Program-made: the position numbers and the translations under genes
In this document: in pieces, positions 17,376 to 25,656 of the stretch
How positions within the stretch are numbered: the stretch's first letter is position 1
Layout of the letters: each line of letters begins with the position of its first letter
Notes under the pieces: model-generated
The model's input: the letters and a program-made list of their open reading frames with translations, nothing else
Told to the model about the DNA's origin: nothing
Databases searched by the model: none
From: Ruminococcus albus AD2013
GTDB lineage: Bacteria > Bacillota > Clostridia > Oscillospirales > Ruminococcaceae
NCBI RefSeq assembly: GCF_000526775.1
Contig: NZ_JAGS01000001.1
Coordinates: 1,089,685 to 1,121,684, forward strand
Reading direction: 5' to 3'
DNA length: 32,000 nucleotides

Positions 17376-18851
17376 TTATCCTCCCAGATGCATAACGTTC
17401 AAAAGCAGCACCCAGCTGAGTCCATAGTAAGTCACCACAGCTACAAGGTCGTTGACGGTGGTTATCAGGGGACCCGAAGCCACTGCGGGGTCAACTTTTA
17501 TCTTCTTGAAAAACAGGGGTATTATTGTACCCACCGCGCTCGATATCAGCATGGCCACCATAAGCGAAACGCCTATACAGCCCGATACCGCAAAGGAAAA
17601 TCCTGCCGTGCGGTGCTTGAACAGCATGATGTAAAGTCCCACAAGCCCGAAGGACATCATGCCCAGAAGTATTCCGTTTGAAAGACCCACGCGGGTCTCC
17701 TTTGCCACAAGGTGCATCTTCTGTCTGAATGTGAGATTTTCATCCGTAAGCACTCGTATAGTCACCGCAAGTGACTGTGTGCCGACGTTACCAGCCATAT
17801 CCAGTATCAGCGACTGGAATGCCATGATAAGTGTCAGCTGAGATATTACTTTCTCGAATACGCCCACAACGCCCGAAACCAGCATACCCAGACAAAGCAG
17901 TACCAGCAGCCAGGGCAGACGCTTTTTCATACTCTGCAAGAGAGGTTCCTGCAAGTCTTCTTCCGCTGTCAGACCCGCAAACATCACGTAGTCCTCGCCC
18001 ATCTCGTCATCGACAACTTCGATAAGGCTTTTCGCCGTGATAACGCCTAGAAGTCTGCTGCTGTTATCCAGCACGGGTATCAGGTCTTCGGAATAGTCCT
18101 TCAGCTTTTCGATACACTCATCTATCTCCTCATTCGCATAAACATAGGGGAATGAGGTCATTATAAGGCTTTCGAGTGTCCTTGTGCTTCGTGCCGTGAT
18201 AAGCTCTTTCAGGTCGATAGCGCCGTAGAATTCCTCGTTATCGTCCACCACGAAAATGGTGGTGATATTGTCATTGTCCTCCGCCTGACGCACCAGTTCG
18301 CTCATCGCCTGCTTGATGGTGAGGTCTTCCTTGATGATGATGCAGTTCGTGGTCATCTTACTGCCTATCTCGTCCTCGTCGAAACTTGCTATCAGCCGAA
18401 TCTCTTTCCTGACCTCAGCGGAAAGTGCATCGATTATCAGTCCTCGCTTTTCACGCTCTATCTCACGAAGAACGTTCACTGCGGTATCCGTCTCCAGCAG
18501 ACTTACCACCGCAGCCGCCTTGTTGAGATCCATCTCGTTGAGGTATACACCCGCCTCGTCCTCATCGAGGTACTCAAAAGCTTCCGCCAGCATATCACCG
18601 CTGCACACGCGGTAAAGCTTCTGTCTTTCCTGTTTTGTAAGGTCAGCCACCACGCCCGCGATATCGTTGCCGTGGTAGTCTTCAAGTTTTTTCAGTATCA
18701 CACGCGGCGAATCGTTGCTGCGTATAACTTCGATTATCTCGCCCTCATAATCGGGCTTTACCGCCATTTCAGCGGTATCGTCAACTGTATTTATATCTGA
18801 GTTATCCTCTGTGTTCTGGGTATCCTTCCTGATATCCTCTGCCATATCCAT
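17376..18851 (-). CDS. mgtE: magnesium transporter MgtE
   Basis: MgtE N-domain, tandem CBS domains and the C-terminal TM domain with the motif DMAGNVGTQS. Confidence 0.93.
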   Translation of the reverse strand: MDMAEDIRKDTQNTEDNSDINTVDDTAEMAVKPDYEGEIIEVIRSNDSPRVILKKLEDYHGNDIAGVVADLTKQERQKLYRVCSGDMLAEAFEYLDEDEAGVYLNEMDLNKAAAVVSLLETDTAVNVLREIEREKRGLIIDALSAEVRKEIRLIASFDEDEIGSKMTTNCIIIKEDLTIKQAMSELVRQAEDNDNITTIFVVDDNEEFYGAIDLKELITARSTRTLESLIMTSFPYVYANEEIDECIEKLKDYSEDLIPVLDNSSRLLGVITAKSLIEVVDDEMGEDYVMFAGLTAEEDLQEPLLQSMKKRLPWLLVLLCLGMLVSGVVGVFEKVISQLTLIMAFQSLILDMAGNVGTQSLAVTIRVLTDENLTFRQKMHLVAKETRVGLSNGILLGMMSFGLVGLYIMLFKHRTAGFSFAVSGCIGVSLMVAMLISSAVGTIIPLFFKKIKVDPAVASGPLITTVNDLVAVVTYYGLSWVLLLNVMHLGG

Positions 18852-19136
18852 AGCCCTCCGTTCATTTAAAATAATGACGCAAGGGGTTAAAAATGGGCAT
18901 AAAAAGTCCTCTGCTGACCGTGGTATTACTGTAAAGCAACACCCTGAACGGGTCTGTCAGAGGCAACGCACATATATCCTTTGGTCTGTCTGAAAAGCAG
19001 ACAACATCACAGAAGACGACGAACCGTTACAGTTTGCCGTCCGCAGGATATTTCGCCGCATAACTGCCCTTTTGACCCGCAACTGTCACCGTTAGTCACT
19101 TCTGTCCTCACCATCCTTTACGATTGGAATTTTTTA
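18852..19136 (-). promoter_or_regulatory. long structured 5' leader of mgtE (riboswitch/attenuator candidate)
   Basis: About 285 nt separate the consensus promoter from the start codon. The leader contains GGUGAGG, several hairpins, and a long-range helix CCUCUGAC...GUCAGCAGAGG followed by ACUUUUUAU (about 18895-18965). Confidence 0.4.
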
Positions 19137-19143
19137 CTTTAAT

Positions 19144-19172
19144 ATTATACCACACTGATACAAATATGTCAA
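19144..19172 (-). promoter_or_regulatory. consensus sigma-A promoter of the mgtE operon
   Basis: The minus strand reads TTGACA (19167-19172)-17 nt-TATAAT (19144-19149). Confidence 0.7.
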
Positions 19173-19240
19173 TGGCTGACAAAGTGTGAATATGCAATTT
19201 TTTTCGTATCTGACGCGGGTTATTTGAGTTATTGCTGACG

Positions 19241-19776
19241 AGTGTCGCCCCTTCTATGTCAGTTCGAGCATGATCCGATTGCGACGTCGCAACCACTAAA
19301 CGAGTTAGTCCCTCGGGCGAGAAATCGGATAACAGCGGCAGTATCGTCCGTGGTTTCGATGTTTGTAGGTGGGTGCGGAATTTGTTTACGGACAAGAAGT
19401 GTCGCCCCTCGTTCCTCGGGTCGAGCCATCAAAGGCGCTACGCTGTTTGACGGCGGGCGAGGCAATAATTTTACGCGTATAGAAAGAGCGTGGACGTTTG
19501 TTTGTCCACGCTCTGAATACTCTTATTGCCTCGCCTTATTTGGTTGGAAGTTTGCTTTGCTATTTATTGCTTTGTTGCCACGTTGGTTTTGCGCCTTGAC
19601 CGAGAGGCTCTGCCTCTCGAGCTCTCCGCAAGCCTTTCGCGAAAGGCTTGACCCAAAGCTCATCTCCTTGGCTGGTTTCTCACAAAGTGCTGACCCGCCG
19701 TTTTGCAATTGTACCGCTCTCACAAAACCATAAATAGGCGGAATCGGCCCGCCCGGCCGAGGGCAATTATGAATTA
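19241..19776 (-). repeat. structured intergenic repeat element, copy A (extended)
   Basis: Positions 19398-19776 align module by module with 21631-21972 and 31057-31374. Hairpins: H1 19426-19453, H2 19457-19534 with inner hairpin 19485-19514, H3 19601-19619, H4 19629-19650. Positions 19241-19397 are an extra module that starts with the same AGTGTCGCCCC head. The 3' AATTATGAATTA overlaps the stop of the FAD gene. Confidence 0.85.
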
Positions 19777-21410
19777 ACAACGTGTTTTGCCGCAATGATA
19801 CCAAAGGTATAGCACTTGCCCAGTGAAAGTCCTGTCTGATGGAAAGGATAATCAGCTCCGCCATAGAACTGTCCGCCCAGATTTCCCACACAGTAAAGTC
19901 CTGCTATCGGCTTGCCCTCAGCGTCCAGTGCTCTCGCATATTCGTCTGTTACAACCCCCGAAACTTCCGCAGAAACACGGATATGCTTTCTCGCACCCCA
20001 GAAAGGCGCTTTCTCTATCTTGTGCATATACTTCGCAGGCTTGCCGAAGTCCGTATCCACGCCCTTTTCGCAAAGCTCGTTATAGCGGTCAACGGAAGCT
20101 TTCAGCTTATCGAAAGGAATATCCAGTTCCTTTGCAAGTTCTTCCAGAGTATCGCATCTGTGAAGGTCGATGAGGTTTCTGAATACGCCCTGAGGATTTT
20201 CTACCGCACCGGGTATGAACTTTTCCATCACAGCAGGCGGAACTTTTCCGCTTACGAACTCATCGTCAGGCCATTCCATATAGGTGCTGTCGTATATGGT
20301 GCAGTACCAGCCCTTTGAGCCTTTCTCTCTGTGTTCGGCGTCAAGCATCGAACCTTTATATGCGGGCTGTGAACGCAGGATATTTCCCATATATACAAAT
20401 CCCGTGTACTCGTTTGTAAATCTTTCTCCCTCCATGTTCAGGTAGAGGAATGGCTCTTCAAACATCAGTGCGGAGTCGAAATCGTGCATCATTTTTGTGT
20501 GACCGAGAGGTTCCATCTGCGCCCCTGCTGACATAGCAAGGATATGACCGTCGCCTGTTTTGCCGAACTGTTTTTTATCGAACTCGGCGATATCGGGGCA
20601 CCATCTTTTCACCATGGCGGGATTATTGGTATAATCACCGGTTGCGAGGATAACGCCCTTTTTCGCGTTGAAGCGCACATACTTGCCCTCTGCGTTCTTT
20701 GCGATAACAGCGCACACCCTGTCATTTTCACGGACTACCTGCACTGCGGGCGTATGGTAGAATACATCAAGAGCCACGCCTGTTTTCTGAACGTTATCGA
20801 TTATATTCCTAAGTGCATGACCCACGTTCTTTGGCTTGGGTCCGACCCAGGGTGCCCAGAAATAGCAGTGGTCATCGCCGTATTCATAGGAATTTTCCCT
20901 GTCCTGCCAGTGACCTGTGAAATCACCGCTGGTACTGATGAAAGCAAAAAGTCCGTTGCCGTCGTTGAGAAGTTCGGCAGAACGCTTATTATCGTCCACT
21001 TTGCTTCCGTCACCGTACTCTGTTTCCTTTGTCAGACCTGCCCTGTTCAGGAACCACATCATAGCTTCCTCGGAATGTTCAGCATAAGCGCGGAGAAGTT
21101 TTGTATCGGCACGCCAACTGCAAAGGCTGTTTGTATGGTGTATCCACTTTGCGATACCTGCCTCGGTGGAGCGCGACTTGATTATAGCCGAGCCGCAGTT
21201 GCCCTGAGATACAGCTCCTGATTCTTTTTGCAGAAGTGCAACCTTAGCGCCAAGCTCTGCTGCTTTACAAGCTGCGGGAACTCCTGCCGCGCCTGCGCCT
21301 ACGACTACCACATCGTAATCTTTCACTTCATCGGGAGTGATGCTCTGCAATTCGCACACCGAGCCTTTAACTTCTTCATCGGTGATGTTATCCAAAAATA
21401 TCTGTGCCAT
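19767..21410 (-). CDS. FAD-dependent oxidoreductase (fumarate reductase/succinate dehydrogenase flavoprotein-like family)
   Basis: N-terminal dinucleotide fold VVVVGAGAAGVPAACKAAELGAKVALLQKE and C-terminal GLYCVGN. 547 aa. Confidence 0.87.
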   Translation of the reverse strand: MAQIFLDNITDEEVKGSVCELQSITPDEVKDYDVVVVGAGAAGVPAACKAAELGAKVALLQKESGAVSQGNCGSAIIKSRSTEAGIAKWIHHTNSLCSWRADTKLLRAYAEHSEEAMMWFLNRAGLTKETEYGDGSKVDDNKRSAELLNDGNGLFAFISTSGDFTGHWQDRENSYEYGDDHCYFWAPWVGPKPKNVGHALRNIIDNVQKTGVALDVFYHTPAVQVVRENDRVCAVIAKNAEGKYVRFNAKKGVILATGDYTNNPAMVKRWCPDIAEFDKKQFGKTGDGHILAMSAGAQMEPLGHTKMMHDFDSALMFEEPFLYLNMEGERFTNEYTGFVYMGNILRSQPAYKGSMLDAEHREKGSKGWYCTIYDSTYMEWPDDEFVSGKVPPAVMEKFIPGAVENPQGVFRNLIDLHRCDTLEELAKELDIPFDKLKASVDRYNELCEKGVDTDFGKPAKYMHKIEKAPFWGARKHIRVSAEVSGVVTDEYARALDAEGKPIAGLYCVGNLGGQFYGGADYPFHQTGLSLGKCYTFGIIAAKHVVNS

Positions 21411-21428
21411 TGTTCTTCCTCCTTTTTA

Positions 21429-21464
21429 TGAACAAACTGCCGTCCACTCATGCAGGGACGGCAG
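21429..21464 (-). terminator. terminator-like hairpin immediately upstream of the FAD gene RBS
   Basis: The minus strand has a 9-bp GC-rich stem (CUGCCGUCC/GGACGGCAG) followed by UUUGUUCAU. The RBS GGAGGAA (21416-22) and the start codon (21408-10) follow directly. Confidence 0.6.
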
Positions 21465-21559
21465 CTTTTATGGTTCCGGTTCGTTAGTCCCTTTTGCGGA
21501 CTGTATTTCATTTGCTATGGTCTGTGTGTTTGGTACTGTCTGTCGGTCATGCCGCTTTA

Positions 21560-21600
21560 CGGGTTTATACGGTGGTATGCTTTGGTATCGTTTGGTATCC
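21560..21600 (-). repeat. 10-nt phased ATACC array (copy adjoining repeat B)
   Basis: GGTAT occurs on the plus strand at 21574, 21584 and 21594, with TTTAT at 21564. The minus-strand sequence GATACCAAACGATACCAAAGCATACCACCGTATAAACC aligns with 905-942 at about 76% identity. Confidence 0.75.
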
Positions 21601-21630
21601 GTTGGCAGACTTTTGTACTGCGGTTGACCT

Positions 21631-21972
21631 GTCGCCCCTTGCGGGTCGAGCCGTCAAAGACGCTTCGCTGTTTGACGGTATGCGCGGCAATAATTTTTAC
21701 GCGGAAATTTTGTGCGTGTCGTATGGTTTGGTACACGCTCGTACAATTTCGTTATTGCCGCGCTTTTTTTTGACAGGGGGCGTGAGTTTGCTGTGCTTTT
21801 ATAGTTCGCTTTGTATTTTGGTTTTGCGCCTTGAGTTGAGGGCTCTGCCCTCAAACTCCCGCAAGCCTTTCGCGAAAGGCTTGAGCCAAAGCTCTTTTCC
21901 TTGGCATACTTACCCCCACTACGCGAGTTCCCTGCCAACAATTATGAATTATGAATTATGAATTATGAATTA
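21631..21972 (-). repeat. structured intergenic repeat element, copy B
   Basis: Hairpins: H0 about 21631-21650, H1 21651-21678, H2 21682-21763, H3 21836-21854, H4 21862-21883. There are 4.7 units of AATTATG at 21940-21972, and the tract ends in the stop codon of the MacB-like permease. Confidence 0.88.
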
Positions 21973-23289
21973 CTCATACCTTAGTGCATCGATAGGATTC
22001 ATGTTGCCCGCTCTCTTTGCAGGATAGTAACCAAATATAAGTCCCGTCAGCATAGAGAATACCAGAGATATGATTATCGCAGGTATAGATGGCTGTACAC
22101 TCAGGTTGATGTACTCCGCATACTCTGCCGCAAATGAGTTCAGCAGGAATGCAGCAACCTTGCTCAGCAGTATGCCGTTCAGTACACCTATCAGTACGCC
22201 TATCGCACCGCCCGTCAGGCATATGATAACTGCTTCGATCACGAACTGACTCCTGATATCGCCATTCAAAGCACCCAGTGCTTTTCTGACACCTATCTCA
22301 CGTGTACGTTCAAGTATGCTGACAAGCATTATGTTCATAACGCCCACGCCGCCGACTATCAGGGATATCGCCGCTATAACGGAAATGGCAATGGTGATAA
22401 CGTTCAGCACTGTGGTTATCATGCCCATCTCTTCCTGCTGATCGTATATCTCTAAATACCATATCTCGTTGTTGCGGTAGATAGGCTCAAAGTAATCTTT
22501 GATATACTCCTTTGCAGTCTCCGAATCACAGTCACCTGTCCAGCCTATCTGTGCCGAACTCAGCTTTGTTTCTCTCGGTGAGACCCCCTTTGCGCTCAGC
22601 ATCGTGTTATAGGGGAAGTAAACATAAGTCTTGACATCCAGTTTTGATTTTGCAGTATTAATCTTCAGCGAATTTTTTTCAAGCTCGGTATACTCCATTA
22701 CTCCGACGATGGTAAGATTGATGTTAGCTTCTTTCATCATCTCGAAGCGGATCGTCTTGCCCAGCACGTTTTCTGTGGTACCAAAGTACTGCTCGCAGAA
22801 ATAGTCCGATACGATACAGGTATGTTTCATACCCTCGTTATCGGCATTGCTTGGTGCTCTGCCCTGAACTATCTGTTTCTTGAACTGGGGGGGATCAAAG
22901 TAGTCGCCTGATACGCCTATCATTATCGCTTTGAAGCTTTCGCCTTTCAGGTTGACTATGTCCGCACCGCCGTAAAGTTCGTTACAGCTGTATGTAAGTT
23001 CTCCGGGGTGCTGTGATATCAGATCCTGCACCATTTCAAGGGTGAGGGTATCGTCATCTTCCATAACCCTGCCGTTGTAATCCTCCCTTATCTCGGGATA
23101 GATCGTCAGCTTTACTTCACCTATCTGGTCGAAGGTCGAACTCAGTGTCTTTGAGATGGAGTTGCCTATGGTGGTGATGGTTATAACCGCGCTGATACCG
23201 ATTATGATACCAAGCATCGTCAGGAATGAACGCAGTTTGTTTATCGCCAGTGAAGCAAACGCCATTTTTATGCTTTCAAGGAAGTTCAC
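21970..23289 (-). CDS. ABC transporter permease, MacB/FtsX family
   Basis: 439 aa with an N-terminal TM helix, a MacB-like extracytoplasmic domain and a C-terminal FtsX 3-TM domain. Its ATGA start overlaps the stop of the upstream ATPase gene. Confidence 0.88.
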   Translation of the reverse strand: MNFLESIKMAFASLAINKLRSFLTMLGIIIGISAVITITTIGNSISKTLSSTFDQIGEVKLTIYPEIREDYNGRVMEDDDTLTLEMVQDLISQHPGELTYSCNELYGGADIVNLKGESFKAIMIGVSGDYFDPPQFKKQIVQGRAPSNADNEGMKHTCIVSDYFCEQYFGTTENVLGKTIRFEMMKEANINLTIVGVMEYTELEKNSLKINTAKSKLDVKTYVYFPYNTMLSAKGVSPRETKLSSAQIGWTGDCDSETAKEYIKDYFEPIYRNNEIWYLEIYDQQEEMGMITTVLNVITIAISVIAAISLIVGGVGVMNIMLVSILERTREIGVRKALGALNGDIRSQFVIEAVIICLTGGAIGVLIGVLNGILLSKVAAFLLNSFAAEYAEYINLSVQPSIPAIIISLVFSMLTGLIFGYYPAKRAGNMNPIDALRYE

Positions 23290-24002
23290 CCGAACACCTC
23301 CTTTTTATAATCGTCACTGATTATCCTGCCGTCGCTGATGGTTATCATGCGCTGACATTCGGAGGCAAGTTCGGGGCTGTGGGTAATGAGAACTATCGTC
23401 TTGCCCTCTTCCTCATGTAGTTTATGGAACAAGTCCATTACCATTCTGCCCGTCTTGGTATCAAGTGCGCCAGTAGGTTCGTCCGCTAGTATTATCGAAG
23501 GATCATTCGCCATTGCCCTTGCGATCGCAACACGCTGTTTCTGTCCGCCCGAAAGTCTTGCTGGGTCATGGGTGTATCTGTCGCTCATACCGACAAGCTC
23601 GATGAGTTCCAACGCTCTTTCGGTACGCTTCTTCTGGGATACGCCCGCATACATCATGGGCATCTCCACATTTTTCAGAGCGGTGATCTTGGGTATAAGA
23701 TTGAAATTCTGGAACACGAAACCTATCTCCTTGTTCCTTATGCGGGAAAGCTGTTTGTCGTCAAGGGTCTTGGTAGAAGTTCCGTTAAGGTCGTATTCGC
23801 CCTCGGTCTGTCTGTCGAGAAGACCTATAATATTCATCAGCGTACTTTTGCCCGAACCCGAAGCCCCGACTATGGATACGAACTCACCCTCATAGATGTC
23901 AAGTCCGATATCGAAAAGTATCTGGAGTTCATTTGGTTCACCCACGTAGTACTTCTTGGTCACGGATTCCATATGGATAACAGGGTCACTTTTTCTTTTC
24001 AT
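23286..24002 (-). CDS. ABC transporter ATP-binding protein (MacB/LolD-like)
   Basis: Walker A GASGSGKST, signature LSGGQKQR and Walker B ILADEPTGALD. Confidence 0.93.
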   Translation of the reverse strand: MKRKSDPVIHMESVTKKYYVGEPNELQILFDIGLDIYEGEFVSIVGASGSGKSTLMNIIGLLDRQTEGEYDLNGTSTKTLDDKQLSRIRNKEIGFVFQNFNLIPKITALKNVEMPMMYAGVSQKKRTERALELIELVGMSDRYTHDPARLSGGQKQRVAIARAMANDPSIILADEPTGALDTKTGRMVMDLFHKLHEEEGKTIVLITHSPELASECQRMITISDGRIISDDYKKEVFG

Positions 24003-25374
24003 TTACCTGCACCCTCGCTCCGTCACTCACTTCGGGCAGATCGCCGCCCTCGGGATCCTCTATGATAAGGTCGCCGCTCTTGACTTCACCGCTCTTCACC
24101 TCAACATAGAAGTCGCTTTCCGCGCCCTTCACCACCTTTTTCTTCCTGGCTATGTAGCCGCCTTCATCATCGTTGGCAGGCTCGGCAACGTATACGTATT
24201 CAGCGCCGTCCTCTTCGATTATGCCCGAATAAGGCACACTGAGCTTTTCGCCTACCTCATCGATGGTAACATCTACGGAAGCCGACATACCTATCAGAAG
24301 CTGATCGTTGGTCTCATCGAGAGTGACTTCAACCTTATAACCCGTTTCTACACCATCAGCAGTAGTCTCGGTGGAAACCACGTTCACAATACGTGTGATG
24401 GAAGCGGAGAACTCTTCGCCGGGGATGACCTTTGAAGTGACCTTGGCTTTCATGCCCTCAGCAATCTTGGTGATATCTGTCTCCTTGACAGTCAGCTCGA
24501 TAACAGTCTTATCGGTGTTTACGATAGTCATGATAGAGGGGGCTGAGGGAACACTTCCCTCGTTAACATTCAGTACGGTTATTATGCCCGACTGCGGTGC
24601 GTACACCTTGCACTGTTCTATCTGTTCGGAAAGCTTATCAAGCTTCTTCTGATCGTCACTTCCGCTGTCGAAGGCTTCACCGTCGATAACGTCCTGCAAT
24701 TTCTGGATAGTGTCATTGCACTGGTTCTCGGTGTCGCTGTAACTGTCGTTAGCGGCGGTAACAGCGTCATCGTATGCAGAAAGCCCCGATTTCAGTGTTT
24801 CAAGAGTAGTCCACACGGTGGTGTAATCGTAGTTCTCATCGCCGCGGTCGAGAGCTGAATTATACTCGTTGCAGAGGTTATTGTACTTTTCATAGGCGTT
24901 GTCACGGGCGGTGACTGCCTTATCAACCTCACGCTGTGCCCTTGCAAGAGCAGTTTCTTTTTTTGCCTTAGCAGAATCAAGGTCGCGCTGATTTCTGCTG
25001 CTGTCGGACTTCTCCTTTTTATCGGAATTGTCCATCTGCTTTTTCAGCGCATCGTATTCCTCCTGAAGTTCGGTGGAATCAAATTCGCACAGCAGGTCGC
25101 CCTCCTTGACCATGTCGCCAAGACTGACATTTACTTTGCTCACCGAACAGTTCAGCTTGGTGGTAACGTCAACCGTGCCGTTGCCGATGACCTTGCCCGT
25201 GGTGGATATCACCTTTGAAAGGTCGTTCTGACCTGCAGGGATAACAGTGTACTTTGAGTTCGCCATCATGCTCTCATTGGCGGCTTTGGTCATTGCATTG
25301 CAGGCATAGAGTCCTCCGCCTGCCAGCACTGCCACCACCACAGGGATAATGATAGCTTTTTTCTTTACAGCCAT
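23986..25374 (-). CDS. HlyD-family efflux adaptor (membrane fusion protein)
   Basis: N-terminal TM helix, lipoyl-like segments flanking a long coiled coil, and a beta-barrel C-terminus. I chose the start at MAVKKK (25374), which follows AGGAGG. Confidence 0.85.
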   Translation of the reverse strand: MAVKKKAIIIPVVVAVLAGGGLYACNAMTKAANESMMANSKYTVIPAGQNDLSKVISTTGKVIGNGTVDVTTKLNCSVSKVNVSLGDMVKEGDLLCEFDSTELQEEYDALKKQMDNSDKKEKSDSSRNQRDLDSAKAKKETALARAQREVDKAVTARDNAYEKYNNLCNEYNSALDRGDENYDYTTVWTTLETLKSGLSAYDDAVTAANDSYSDTENQCNDTIQKLQDVIDGEAFDSGSDDQKKLDKLSEQIEQCKVYAPQSGIITVLNVNEGSVPSAPSIMTIVNTDKTVIELTVKETDITKIAEGMKAKVTSKVIPGEEFSASITRIVNVVSTETTADGVETGYKVEVTLDETNDQLLIGMSASVDVTIDEVGEKLSVPYSGIIEEDGAEYVYVAEPANDDEGGYIARKKKVVKGAESDFYVEVKSGEVKSGDLIIEDPEGGDLPEVSDGARVQVNEKKK

Positions 25375-25656
25375 TAAAATGCCTCCTTCTTTTTTCTTCC
25401 ATAGAACCACTCTGATATCGGCAGAGATACTTAATTTCTGCCGAAAAATTACTGGGAATTAATGGAAGAATTACGTCACAAAATATATCTATCCGCAACA
25501 AAGAATGATGTGCGGTTTTGTGCAAACATATGTTTTTATATTAAATTTAGACTTATTTCCGAAATAGTTGTACAAAAACGTACAACTTTTCTGCAATTTT
25601 ACCTGATAGTGAAAGGTATGCGAGTGCATACCGCGATACTAAGGAGGTAATTAACT

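Noticed and set aside
18852-19136. Calling the mgtE leader a canonical M-box riboswitch
   Set aside because: Only the GGUGAGG element and the genomic context fit. I could not place the other conserved M-box blocks without a covariance-model search, so it is reported only as a riboswitch/attenuator candidate.
19242-19891. ORF-track entries 19242-19733 (+), 19259-19465 (-) and 19523-19891 (-) across repeat copy A
   Set aside because: They lie in the repeat element. The homologous copies B and C differ by indels that are not multiples of 3, so no frame is conserved. They lack RBSs, and the similarity is explained by conserved hairpins.
21450-21961. ORF-track entries 21337-21627, 21450-21773 and 21494-21961 (+) and 21654-21941 (-) across copy B, plus 31227-31514 (+) across copy C
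   Set aside because: The reason is the same as for copy A. The shared peptide KSFGSSLSRKACG is the translation of hairpin H4, and the frames diverge immediately after it in each copy.
21940-21972. Heptamer arrays as a CRISPR array or coding tandem repeat
   Set aside because: The units are 7 nt with no spacers and no cas genes. They sit outside, or at the very last codons of, the adjacent genes.
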